Assembly: GCA_028873825.1 (NCBI GenBank)
Contig: JAPPNM010000177.1
Location: forward strand, 4,212-68,211
DNA from: Gemmatimonadota bacterium
Lineage (GTDB): Bacteria > Gemmatimonadota > Gemmatimonadetes > Longimicrobiales > Gaopeijiaceae
DNA: 64,000 bases
Direction of reading: 5' to 3'
The notes beneath the pieces were generated by a model. It did not search any database and was not told where the DNA came from. It saw only the letters and a list, made by a program, of their open reading frames with translations. Position 1 is the first letter of the stretch. Each line of letters begins with the position of its first letter. This document shows positions 33,771-43,282 of this stretch, in pieces. The position numbers were made by a program, and so were the translations under genes.

Positions 33771-34186
33771 AGTACTGGGACTCGTCGGCTCTGGTGGCGC
33801 TCGTCGTGGACGAGCCGCGAAGCGCGGAGCGCCGGGCGACGATCCGCCGGGATCCGGTGATCGTGACGTGGTGGGGTAGCCGGATCGAATGTGCATCGGC
33901 GCTGAATCGCCTGGAACGTGATCACCGCTTCGAGGATGACGGGCTCGGCCGGTCGATGGACCAGCTCGGGATGCTGGCCGCGAGTTGGCTCGAGATCGAG
34001 CCTCTGGAGCAGGTGCGCAGGCGCGCGATCAGGCTGCTTCGGCTTCATCCGCTGCGCGCGGCGGACGCGTTGCAGCTGGCGGCGGCGCTCACCGCTTCGG
34101 ACGAGGACCCCCAGCGGCTGGATCTGGTCAGCAGCGATGATCGTCTCTCGGCCGCGGCGCGCCGCGAGGGGTTCACGGTTCTGTGA
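33767..34186 (+). CDS. vapC: PIN-domain toxin VapC
   Basis: TTG start overlapping the antitoxin stop. MKYWDSSALVALVVDE... with acidic PIN residues (D5, E..., DALQLAAAL, SSDDRL). Confidence 0.75.
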   Translation: MKYWDSSALVALVVDEPRSAERRATIRRDPVIVTWWGSRIECASALNRLERDHRFEDDGLGRSMDQLGMLAASWLEIEPLEQVRRRAIRLLRLHPLRAADALQLAAALTASDEDPQRLDLVSSDDRLSAAARREGFTVL

Positions 34187-34223
34187 GTCGCGCGGCGACC
34201 GGTCGGGTGCGGCGTTTCCGAAC

Positions 34224-35085
34224 GTGAGCGCCCGACCGCGGCCGCCGGACTTCTTCAAGGACCTCACCGCCCGGATCCTGGCCGTTCTCAGGGAGGGCGT
34301 GGTTCCGTGGCGACGGCCATGGCGCTCGCTGACGCCGACCCGGTACACCGGATTCCCCGTTCACGGGAACCAACAGCCTCGTGCTGTGGCTCGCGGCCGA
34401 CTCGAAGGGCTACTCGAATCCGTTCTGGCTGACCAGGGCCCAGGGAAGCCGGTGCGGCGCGAAGGTCCTGGACAGCGAGGAGGGCACGCTGGTGCTGCGG
34501 CCGCTCCCGTTCTCGGTCCCGCAGCGGGCGGAGGGTGCCCGGCACCGTCCACGCATCCCGCTCATGGAAGCCTACCGTGTGTTCAACGGCGAGCAGTTCG
34601 ACCGGCTGCCGCCCAGGTTCCACATCGATGAGCAGGGTCCCGCTCCCGGTCCGGTAGACAGGATCGACGTCGCCGAACACTTCTTCGGCGCGGTCGGCGC
34701 GAAGATCGTGCCGGGCGGCGACCGCGCGGTCTACGATCGCGGCGGGGACATCATCAGAATGCCGATCTTCCCCAGCTTCGACGATCCGGTCCGCTACTAC
34801 GCCACGCTCGCGCACGAGGCCATCCACTGGACCGGCCACCACGGCCGGATAGGCCGCGAGTTCGGAGTCCGTTTCGGCGACGTGGCCTACGCCTTCGAGG
34901 AGATCGTGGCCGAGCTCGGCGCCTCCTTCGTCATGGGCGGTCTCGGCCTTCCCTGCCGTGCCGAACGGGACCACGCGCCATACATCGATCACTGGATATC
35001 GGTACTGGAGAATGACGAGAGGGCAATCCACCGCGCCGCCTCCCATGCGCAGCGGGCCGCTGACTATCTCGTCATCAGGACGGTT
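34224..35085 (+). pseudogene. ArdC-like antirestriction protein (ssDNA-binding N-domain + HExxH metalloprotease), frameshifted
   Basis: Frame 1: ...LREGVVPWRRPW...TGFPVHG. Frame 2, from about 34370: NSLVLWLAADSKGYSNPFWLTRAQ...LAHEAIHWTGH...YAFEEIVAELGASF...AADYL. A 1-nt frame change lies near 34355-34380. Confidence 0.6.
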
Positions 35086-35865
35086 GCCGGGCGCGTGCGG
35101 GAGCTCGCGCAGCGGCCTCTGGACGACCGCGCCTGGATCGTGATCTACCTGGACTTCGTGGAGATTGGGCCGCATCCGCTGGTAGGCGCGGTCGGAGTGG
35201 ACACCGGGGGAACCAAGCGGGTGCTGGGGCTGCGGCTGGCCGCAGGCGACCCGGACGACTGGTCGGCCGCGGCCGAAGAGCTGCTGCGGAACGTTGTGAG
35301 CCGCGGCGTCCGCCCGGACCGGCGACGGCTCTTCGTGACCGACGGGTCCTCGCAGCTGAGGGACGCCGCGGTCGCGGTGTTCGGCGATGACATGTACGTG
35401 CAGGCCTGCCGGCCGCACCGCGAACGCGAAGTGCTGTCGCGCGTGCGCCTGAAGAAGGAGCGCGACAAGGCCAGGGAAGCGCTCCGGGAGGCATGGTTGG
35501 GCGGAGCGGAGCAGGGACCGCGCCTGCTGGAGCGGCTGGCGCGACGGCTCGCCCTGGATGGATGGGAAGGGGCGGCGAACCGGCTACGCGCCGGATCGGG
35601 CGACCTTTTCACCGTGGACCGGTTCGGACTGGACTCCGGGCTGGCCGGGAGCCTTGTCACCACGGGCGTGGTCGACTGCGCGAGCTCGGGGTTGCGGCGC
35701 CAGATCTGCGGCGTGCCGAACTGGGGCGACCGGGAGACGGCGCTCGCATGGGCGGCCGCATCGTTCCTCGAAACGGAGCGGGGATACATGAAGATCCGCG
35801 GCCACCGGCGCCTTCAGCTCCTCAGGGACCACCTGGACCAGATCGAGATGCCGTTCGGCTCCTAA
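35086..35865 (+). mobile_element. IS256-family (Mutator-type) transposase, C-terminal fragment fused in frame to the ArdC remnant
   Basis: ...RPLDDRAWIVIYLDFVEI...GAVGVDTGGTKRVLGLRL...WSAAAEELLRNVVSRGV...LFVTDGSSQLRDA...VQACRPHRERE... The N-terminal 150 or so aa are missing and no terminal inverted repeats were identified. Confidence 0.6.
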
Positions 35866-35961
35866 GGGGATGTGTGGCCGCCTGCGAGATCTCGTGGGCG
35901 ATCTTGCCGAGCGGGCCAGGAAGGCGAGTTCCGCGCCAAGGGGGGGGCCCGATGCCCCTTC

Positions 35962-37677
35962 CTACCTCCGGTCCACCTCGAACCGCCGTTCGGACGCGGC
36001 CCTGGAACCGGCCGGCCCCGCCACCTCAAGCTCCAGATCGTACACGCCGTCCTCCAGCGACCGGATGTCGATGGCGACGGCCATCGGGTGAGTCGGCGCG
36101 AATACCGGCTCCACCCAGGTGACCACGGGCGCCGCCGCGACCGCTTCCGCGCCGAGAGCGCGGAGGATCCGAGTCAGCAGTCCCTCGCGCCGACCCGCTA
36201 CCGACACCGAGACCTCCATCCGATCGCCGCTCTCCAGGCCGTAGACCTCCCAGTAGACGACGATTTCGTTGCCGCGGTGGATGGTCGTGCCCCCGCGCAT
36301 CGCCGCCACCGCCTCTTCGCGGCTACCCGGCAGCTCCCCGCCGGAACTCCGGACGAGGAGCGGGTCCGACAGGCCGACCCCGTCCCGGCCGAGCGGAAGG
36401 AGCCCCCGCCGCGCTCGGGCGGCCGTGCCGCGCTCGTCGACGGCCTCGATGCCGGCCAGCAGCGGTAACGGCGGGACGGGAGTGGTGAAGACGGGCCGCG
36501 TCTCGGCCTCCACGGGGCCGAGGAGCACCGAAAAGCTGCCCGGACCGTCGCTGGCGAAGAATCTGGCGCCGGCGGGGTCGAGCGGGGTCTCGTCGAGCTG
36601 CGCGGCCGCCGCCACTACCGTCGCCTCCCGGCTTCTGAACCGCGCGAACTGAGCGGGTAGAATCGAGAAGGGACCGTAGTCGGTGGGAGTGTAGCCTTCG
36701 TCGTACGGGCCCGCCTCCAGCTCGTACCGGAGCGAATCGAACCCCAGGCTGATCGCCGAAACGGGGGTGAAGCGGTATTGGGCCGCCTCGTAGCCGACCC
36801 AGCTCCGGAACATCCCGCCGCCGGTCGACCAGGAGTCCTCGAACCCGCGCCGTACGACCTGAGCCTCGTGCGAGTCCGGGTGCAGCCGGGTCAGCGAACC
36901 GCGGACGCCCCCTGCGTCGGTCCCGGTCACCTCGACCAGGCGCCGGTGCAGCAGCAGCTCGAATCTCCGGCTGACGTGTTCGGACCAGCGGTCGTTGCCG
37001 GGGATCGAGAGCATCGGATCGGAGAGCCACCAGAATCGCTCGGAGAACTCGATCCGTTCGGAGCAGGAGAGATCGTCGTAGATGCGTTCGTCGAAGTCCG
37101 CCAGCAGCTCGTCGATCGCGGTCAGCCGGCAGACCAGCTCGGGGTCGGCGTCCCGCAGTCCGGCGCGGAAGTGCGCTTCGGCCAGCCCCTCCCGGCCCGC
37201 GCGATGGTAGGCCATGCCGAGGAGCAGCCGGCACCACCAGCCGGCGGTCGCGCAGCCGTGGGCCAGATCGACCGCCGACAGGTGGCGTCCCAGTCTAGAA
37301 AAGGCGTACACGGCCTGGGCGATCGTGTGGGGGTCGTCCGCCCGGTCCCGGGCCGCCTCCTTGACGTCGGCCAGGAAGTCGTCGACGAAGGACTCGGGAC
37401 GGCACCCGGGTATCGAGCGACAGCCCCGATCCTCGTGGTCGCCGCCGAAACAGATGTCTCCGGCCTCCGGCGAACAGTAGGTCATGTCGAACGTGTTGTC
37501 GGGTCGGCGCCTGTAGTGGACGTCGAGGATCTGCCGGATGCTGTGGGCGACCGGCCGTTCCCAGCGAACCTCCTGGGCCGGGGCCGGTTCCGGGAGAAGG
37601 AGGGGCAGCGAGAACGCGGCGACAACCCACCCCGGCCACCGCCGCATGGCCGTTGATTCACGGGTTTGGGTATTCAA
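35962..37677 (-). CDS. secreted hypothetical protein
   Basis: 571-aa ORF with signal peptide MRRWPGWVVAAFSLPLLLPEPAPAQE. No family confidently recognised. Confidence 0.55.
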   Translation of the reverse strand: MNTQTRESTAMRRWPGWVVAAFSLPLLLPEPAPAQEVRWERPVAHSIRQILDVHYRRRPDNTFDMTYCSPEAGDICFGGDHEDRGCRSIPGCRPESFVDDFLADVKEAARDRADDPHTIAQAVYAFSRLGRHLSAVDLAHGCATAGWWCRLLLGMAYHRAGREGLAEAHFRAGLRDADPELVCRLTAIDELLADFDERIYDDLSCSERIEFSERFWWLSDPMLSIPGNDRWSEHVSRRFELLLHRRLVEVTGTDAGGVRGSLTRLHPDSHEAQVVRRGFEDSWSTGGGMFRSWVGYEAAQYRFTPVSAISLGFDSLRYELEAGPYDEGYTPTDYGPFSILPAQFARFRSREATVVAAAAQLDETPLDPAGARFFASDGPGSFSVLLGPVEAETRPVFTTPVPPLPLLAGIEAVDERGTAARARRGLLPLGRDGVGLSDPLLVRSSGGELPGSREEAVAAMRGGTTIHRGNEIVVYWEVYGLESGDRMEVSVSVAGRREGLLTRILRALGAEAVAAAPVVTWVEPVFAPTHPMAVAIDIRSLEDGVYDLELEVAGPAGSRAASERRFEVDRR

Positions 37678-37683
37678 TGGACT

Positions 37684-39069
37684 CTACTTGATCCAAATCA
37701 CGTAGATATCGGTGGAGCCGTCCCGATTCGACGCGAAAGCGATCTTGGTCCCGTCCGGCGACCACGCGAGGTCCCAGTCCCAATACCCGGCATCGTTATG
37801 CGTGAGGCGCGTCCGGTTGCTTCCGTCCGCGTCCATCACGTAGATATCAACGGAGTCGTCGCGATACGACGAGAAAGCGATCCTGGTCCCGTCCGGCGAC
37901 CACGCGGGGGCCCCCGACACTGGGGGGACGGTGTCGTTCGTGAGGCGTGTCCGGTTGGCTCCGTCCGCGTCCATCACGTGGATATCGAAGAAGGGGTCGG
38001 TGCGGGACACGAAAGCGATCTTGGTCCCGTCCGGCGACCACGCGGGCGAGTCATCGAGGTTGTCGCTCGGTAGGCGCGTCTGGTTGCTTCCGTCCGCGTC
38101 CATCACGTAGATATTTCGGATGATGGGGTAGCGGGAGGACGAGAATGCGATCCTGGTCCCGTCCGGCGACCACTCGGGGCCCAAATCTAGGAAGGTGTCG
38201 TTCGTGAGGCGTGTCCGGTTGCCTCCGTCCGCGTCCATCACGTAGATCTCCCAGGAGTCGTCGCGATTCGACGCGAAAGCGATCTTGGTCCCGTCCGGCG
38301 ACCACGCTGGGTCCCGATCCCCGGCATCGTTGTACGTGAGGCGCGTCTGGTTTCCTCCGTCCGCGTCCATCACGTAGATCTCCGAGTTGCCGTCCCGGTA
38401 GGAGTAGAAAGCGATCTTGGTCCCGTCCGGCGACCACGCGGGCGAGTAATCCGAGGCGGTGTCGTTCGTCAGCCGCTCGAGTGCAGCGACCATGAAGTCC
38501 TGGGTTGCCGCGAGCTCCTCCCAGTCGCGAGCTATCACCGTTACCGTGGCGTTGCCCGCGGCGACTACCGTCACCGTTACGATGCTGCCCTCCGCCGATG
38601 CGGTCACGACCGCGGGATTCGACGACATGGCGCCGTATTCCAGAGTTTCTCCGTCGGGATCGGTAAAGTACGAGGAGGCGTCCACCGTCCTCGTCTGCCC
38701 GACGGGAACGACGATCGAAGGCATGGCGCCTATTGGCTGCGGAGCGCGGTTCGGCACCGAGACCGAGAAGCTCAGCTTGCCCTCCAGGCCGCCCGGATCG
38801 GTTGCCGTGACCGTTACCGATGCGCTTCCCGGGCGCAACGCCCCGACGGTGACGGTGGTATCCCACACGGACGCCGTCGCCACGCTGGGGTTCGACGACG
38901 TGGCGGAGTAGACGAGCTCGTCCCCGTCGGGATCGGCGAAGCACGCGGCGACGGCGGCCGTATCGCCCGCGTAGACGGTCACCTGCGGGATGTCGGCGCA
39001 TGCGGAGGGGTGCTCCCGGCTCTCGCAGGCGGCCAGGGCGAGGAGAGGGAGAACTGCGATGCGCTTCAT
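37684..39069 (-). CDS. lipoprotein with Ig/cadherin-like repeats and TolB-type (PD40) beta-propeller repeats
   Basis: Lipobox LLALAAC. Repeats of ...DPDGDELVYSATSSNPSVATASV...VTVTATDPGGL... Followed by at least 6 repeats of WSPDGTKIAF.S.RDG..EIYVMDADG.NQTRLT. Confidence 0.75.
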   Translation of the reverse strand: MKRIAVLPLLALAACESREHPSACADIPQVTVYAGDTAAVAACFADPDGDELVYSATSSNPSVATASVWDTTVTVGALRPGSASVTVTATDPGGLEGKLSFSVSVPNRAPQPIGAMPSIVVPVGQTRTVDASSYFTDPDGETLEYGAMSSNPAVVTASAEGSIVTVTVVAAGNATVTVIARDWEELAATQDFMVAALERLTNDTASDYSPAWSPDGTKIAFYSYRDGNSEIYVMDADGGNQTRLTYNDAGDRDPAWSPDGTKIAFASNRDDSWEIYVMDADGGNRTRLTNDTFLDLGPEWSPDGTRIAFSSSRYPIIRNIYVMDADGSNQTRLPSDNLDDSPAWSPDGTKIAFVSRTDPFFDIHVMDADGANRTRLTNDTVPPVSGAPAWSPDGTRIAFSSYRDDSVDIYVMDADGSNRTRLTHNDAGYWDWDLAWSPDGTKIAFASNRDGSTDIYVIWIK

Positions 39070-39467
39070 CTTGGTGCTCCTTGCGGCTGCGGTGTGGAGC
39101 GATCAGGGACCCACAATAGGTACTCCGAGACTCGAGCAGACGGCAACCGGCCGCCGCACGGTCTGTCGGTTTTGGACCTGCGAGCCCTTCGGCCTTGTCC
39201 CGCGGTCTACCCGCCAGCGCGGCTCCCGTGCAGGCGGGGGGACTCCCGGGCGCGGCCGTGGTCCGGTTGATCTCACGCCTCGCCCGTTCGGCGCGAGGAC
39301 CTGCCAGACGGCCGCATTGCTACCGTCGGCGACGGCCGGAAGAAGTCCTTCTCCTTTCCCGTCCGGCAGTCGATGCAGCCGGCCGAAGGGCTTGCGGACC
39401 AGGACCAATCCCCCGCCCCCGGCGAGGTTCCGGCGCCGTCGCGGACTCGCAACGGCTGTCCGCGGCC

Positions 39468-39496
39468 TTGAACACGGGGTCGGCTTCCCGTATGAT
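39468..39496 (+). promoter_or_regulatory. sigma70-type promoter (TTGAAC-17 nt-TATGAT) for the 39612 gene
   Basis: Read directly. Lies about 115 nt upstream of the ATG. Confidence 0.45.
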
Positions 39497-39611
39497 GGTG
39501 TCGCACCGTCCGGGTGCCCTCCGTTTCGGGTCGTTTTTCGCTCGAAATCCCCCGAAACCCAAGGCCCCAGGCGGTGCCGACCCACCCCGCAACGCTGGAT
39601 CCGGGTTCAAG

Positions 39612-41384
39612 ATGCAGCGTCTCGCCGTTCTCTCCCTGCTCGCCCTCGCCGCCTGCGAGGGCCCGGAGCCCCCCGCCCGTTGCGCCGACATCCCGCAAGT
39701 GACCGTCAACGCGGGCGAGACGGCCACCGTCGCCGCGTGCTTCAACGACCCCAACGGGGACGCGCTCGTCTACTCCGCCACGTCGTCGAACCCCGGCGTG
39801 GCGACGACGTCCATATCGGGAACCGACATCACCGTCGCGGCGGTCGCGCCCGGGCGAGCGTCCGTCACGGTCACGGCAAGCGATCCGGGCGGCCTGCAGG
39901 CCGAGCAGAATTTCTCGGTCGAGGTGCCGAACCGCGCTCCGCAACCGCGGGGCGCCATTCCCCCGGCCACGGTTCCCGTCGGCCAGACGGCGACGGTGGA
40001 TGCCTCTTCGTACTTCACCGAGCCGGACGGAGAAGCGTTGGTCTACAGCGCCACATCGTCGGATCGCACGGTGGCCACTGTGTCGATGGCGGGCACCGCC
40101 GGCATAACGGTGACGGCCGTCGCCAAGGGCGACGCCACGGTGACGGTGACGGCCCGCGACCCCGGGGGGCTCACGGCCAGCCAGGGTTTCCTGGCGACGG
40201 TCCCCAACCGGGCACCGGAGCCGGTGGGAACGATCGCGGACCGGGAGGTGGCGGCGGACGCGGCGGCGGAGGTGGACGTTGCCGGGCACTTCACCGACCC
40301 CGACGGGGATGTTCTGTACTACGCGGCCTCGTCGTCGAGCCCGGCCAACGTGCGAGTGAGCGTGTCGGGAAGCGTGGTCACGGTGAGCGGTGTGGCGAAG
40401 GGCAGCGCCGCCGTCACGGTGACGGCCCGCGACCCCGGGGAGCTCACGGCCAGCCAGGGATTCATGGTGACGGTGACAATCCCGGATCGGGCGGTGCTGG
40501 AGGAGCTGTACGACGCACTGGGCGGAAGCGACTGGACCACGAATACGAACTGGCTGACCGATGCTGATTTGGCCACATGGTACGGGGTCACGACGAATGA
40601 GGCGAAACGGGTCGTCCGGCTGGAACTGCAAGCAAACGGTCTCACCGGGACGATTCCGCCCGAGCTGGGCAGCCTGTCGAGACTCGAACGCCTCTATGTG
40701 CATGAAAACCGTCGCCTTTCCGGTCCGTTGCCACTGGCACTCGAGGGTCTGCCGCTGGATTGGTTCCACTATTCCGGCACGAACCTGTGCGTCCCGCCGA
40801 AAGCCTCGTTTCGGACATGGCTGGATAACATCCCGAACCACTCGGGAACGGGAGTGGATTGCCTCAGGCGGCTGACGAACAACGGCGACGACGATCTGTA
40901 CCCCGCGTGGTCGCCGGACGGGACCGAGATCGCTTTCTACTCCGACCGGGACGACAACTGGGAGGTCTACGCGATGGACGCGGACGGAAGCAACCAGACG
41001 CGCCTGACGAACAACCGTGCCTTAGATGGCGCGCCCGCGTGGTCGCGGTCCGGGGACAGTATCGCTTTCGAGTCCAACCGGGACGGCAACTGGGAGATCT
41101 ACGTGATGGACGCGGACGGAAGCGACCAGGAGCGCCTGACGAACAACAGTGACAGGGACGAATACCCCGAGTGGTCGCCGGACGGGACCGAGATTGCTTT
41201 CCACTCCAACCGTGACGGCAACTGGGAGGTCTACTTGATGGACGCGGACGGCAGCAACCAGGATAACCTGACGAACAACAGTGCCTGGGATGCGTTGCCC
41301 GCGTGGTCGCCGGACGGCACCGAGATCGTTTTCATGTCCCGCCGGGACGGCGACTTCGAGATTTACGTGATGCAGATCAAGTAA
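39612..41384 (+). CDS. lipoprotein with three Ig/cadherin-like repeats, an LRR segment and PD40 beta-propeller repeats
   Basis: ATG at 39612 (MQRLAVLSLLALAAC) within ORF 39195. LRR segment: LELQANGLTGTIPPELGSLSRLERLYVHEN. PD40 repeats: WSPDGTEIAF.S.RDGNWE.Y.MDADGSNQ. Paralogue of 37684..39069, divergently oriented. Confidence 0.75.
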   Translation: MQRLAVLSLLALAACEGPEPPARCADIPQVTVNAGETATVAACFNDPNGDALVYSATSSNPGVATTSISGTDITVAAVAPGRASVTVTASDPGGLQAEQNFSVEVPNRAPQPRGAIPPATVPVGQTATVDASSYFTEPDGEALVYSATSSDRTVATVSMAGTAGITVTAVAKGDATVTVTARDPGGLTASQGFLATVPNRAPEPVGTIADREVAADAAAEVDVAGHFTDPDGDVLYYAASSSSPANVRVSVSGSVVTVSGVAKGSAAVTVTARDPGELTASQGFMVTVTIPDRAVLEELYDALGGSDWTTNTNWLTDADLATWYGVTTNEAKRVVRLELQANGLTGTIPPELGSLSRLERLYVHENRRLSGPLPLALEGLPLDWFHYSGTNLCVPPKASFRTWLDNIPNHSGTGVDCLRRLTNNGDDDLYPAWSPDGTEIAFYSDRDDNWEVYAMDADGSNQTRLTNNRALDGAPAWSRSGDSIAFESNRDGNWEIYVMDADGSDQERLTNNSDRDEYPEWSPDGTEIAFHSNRDGNWEVYLMDADGSNQDNLTNNSAWDALPAWSPDGTEIVFMSRRDGDFEIYVMQIK

Positions 41385-41500
41385 ACCGGCAGCCCGTCGA
41401 CAAGACCCCCACTCAGCAGACGCGCACCCTCCTTTCTTCGCACACGCCGCCCCGCGCTTCGCTGGCATCCGCGCGGCGACCGCCCCGCCCCCGCCCCGCC

Positions 41501-42259
41501 TCACCCCCTCACCCGAATCGACCGCCCGTTCAGCGGCTGCACCGGGCGCGCGTTCATCGGATACCGCGCCGCGAACGCGTCGAGCTGCTCTTGCGAAACT
41601 GGAATGGGCGCGGTCATCACCGCCCAGCTGACCACCTCGGAGCAGGGCGGCGTGGTCAGTGAGCCCTCGTAGCGGAAGTAGTCCCCTCCCCCGGGTCCCG
41701 GGGGCAGAAGCGCGCGCGGGTTGAACCCGGCAACGACACCGGGGTCGTCGCGGTAGCGGGGAACGACGTTGAGGATGCGCTCGATGCTGGGATGGGCTTC
41801 GGCGGCGTGCGCAAGGACTCCGATCACCGCGAGATCGCCCTCCCCGTCCTCGGCCCGGTGCACGAACTGTATCTCCATCGGCGAGACCTCGCCGTCGACC
41901 GTGTGCTCGCTCGGAAGGTGGAAGTGAAACTGCGCGAGCGAGAACCGCCGCCCCTCCAGGACGATCGAGCTTCCCTCCTCCACATCCGCTTGAATGGCAT
42001 GGCCGTTGTCCAGCACCTGCACGTCGCCGGACCGCCACCGGATGCCGAGCGCGCTCCCGGCGCGCGGGGTCGCTCCCGCGAGATCGACGGGGGACTGCCG
42101 CATGCCGCTTGCGCACGCCGCGTACGTCGAGTCGATCGAGGCCCAGCGGTCGGGGCCGGTGTCGCCTTCGTAGGACCAGTCCCGGTCCGGCCCGCAGGCC
42201 TGGAGGGTGCCGACGAGGCACATGATCGCGAGCAGGGCGGGGAGTGCGGGGCGTCGCAT
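41501..42259 (-). CDS. alpha-class carbonic anhydrase, secreted
   Basis: Contains QSPVDL, QFHFHLPSEHTVDG, LAVIGVL and YEGSLTTPPCSEVVSW. The ATG at 42259 is preceded by GGAGAGGA. Signal peptide MRRPALPALLAIMCLVGTLQAC. Confidence 0.85.
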   Translation of the reverse strand: MRRPALPALLAIMCLVGTLQACGPDRDWSYEGDTGPDRWASIDSTYAACASGMRQSPVDLAGATPRAGSALGIRWRSGDVQVLDNGHAIQADVEEGSSIVLEGRRFSLAQFHFHLPSEHTVDGEVSPMEIQFVHRAEDGEGDLAVIGVLAHAAEAHPSIERILNVVPRYRDDPGVVAGFNPRALLPPGPGGGDYFRYEGSLTTPPCSEVVSWAVMTAPIPVSQEQLDAFAARYPMNARPVQPLNGRSIRVRG

Positions 42260-42327
42260 GGAGTTTCCTCTCCTTTTCGTGTGGTTGAGTCCATGGGGCG
42301 GAAGCCCCCGTGGCGCCGCCAACCGGG

Positions 42328-43107
42328 TCATCCGCCCATGATGCTGACAGTGTAAGGTATCCGCGCTTCCACCGGCTTGCCGTGGCGCCGGGCCGGCTCA
42401 TAGCGAAGACGGCGAACCACGCCAAGCATGGCCGCATCCAGCTGCGAGTCGCCGGAACTCTCCGCGACCTCGGCGCTCCGGACGATCCCTTCCGCGTCGA
42501 CATTCAGCCACAACCGGATCGTCCCCCCAGGTGTCCCGGGCGACCATGCCTCAGCCAACGTGCGCTCCATCAAGCGCAAGACCTCATCGGTGTTGACCTC
42601 TTTCGGGGGAGCGTATTCGTACACACCGTCAGCGGTTCCCGCGGGGCCGTCGCCCATGAGGCGGCTCCGAGTGGCAGAAGCTCCTCGAGTTCGGCTGCCG
42701 TCAACGGTTCCCGCGGGGCCGTCGCCCATGAGGCTGACAGGGAAAAGTACCCGCGCTTCCACCGGCGTGCCGTAGCGCCGGGCCGGCTTGAAGCGAAGAC
42801 GGCGCACCACGCCAAGCACGGCCGCATCCAGCAGCGAGTCGCCGGAACTCTCCGCGATCTCGGCGCTCCGGACGATCCCTTCCGCGTCGACATTCAGCCA
42901 CGACCGGATCGTCACCGAAGGTCTCTCGGGTGACCATGCCTGAGCCAACGTGCGCTCCAACATGCGCAAGACCTGATCAGCGTTGACGATTCTCGCGGGA
43001 ACGTATTCGTACGCACCGTCCACGGTTCCCGCGGGGCCGTCCGGTGCCGTGACGCATCCGGCCGCAAGCAGAACCGAGGCCGCGACTATAGTTCGGTTCG
43101 ATCGCAT
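42328..43107 (-). CDS. lipoprotein with two tandem TonB_C-like domains
   Basis: Lipobox LLAAGC. Two ~105-aa repeats, roughly three-quarters identical by eye (...WLNVDAEGIVRSAE.AESSGDS.LDAA.LGVVRRLR..PARR.G.PVEAR...). Confidence 0.7.
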   Translation of the reverse strand: MRSNRTIVAASVLLAAGCVTAPDGPAGTVDGAYEYVPARIVNADQVLRMLERTLAQAWSPERPSVTIRSWLNVDAEGIVRSAEIAESSGDSLLDAAVLGVVRRLRFKPARRYGTPVEARVLFPVSLMGDGPAGTVDGSRTRGASATRSRLMGDGPAGTADGVYEYAPPKEVNTDEVLRLMERTLAEAWSPGTPGGTIRLWLNVDAEGIVRSAEVAESSGDSQLDAAMLGVVRRLRYEPARRHGKPVEARIPYTVSIMGG

Positions 43108-43282
43108 GACTACAGCCTACACTACCCCGCCCCGCATCGCAAAGTCAGCCTCGCCGCATCCGATTCCCGGTTCCCGTCCCCGGGGCACGAAGAGCGGGCT
43201 CCCGGCAACGATCCCGGCCCGGTGCGCGAAGGGCCTTCCGCCGCATTGGTCGCCGAGTTGCGCGCGAACGTAGATTACCCGC

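Noticed and set aside
35086-35865. An active IS256-family insertion sequence.
   Set aside because: The transposase lacks about 150 N-terminal residues, is fused to an ArdC remnant, and no terminal inverted repeats or target duplications were identified.
39103-39585. ORFs within the 540-bp divergent spacer between the two Ig/PD40 lipoprotein genes (for example the 160-aa minus-strand ORF).
   Set aside because: Arg/Pro/Gly-rich with no motifs. The region contains a good promoter for the 39612 gene and is better explained as intergenic.
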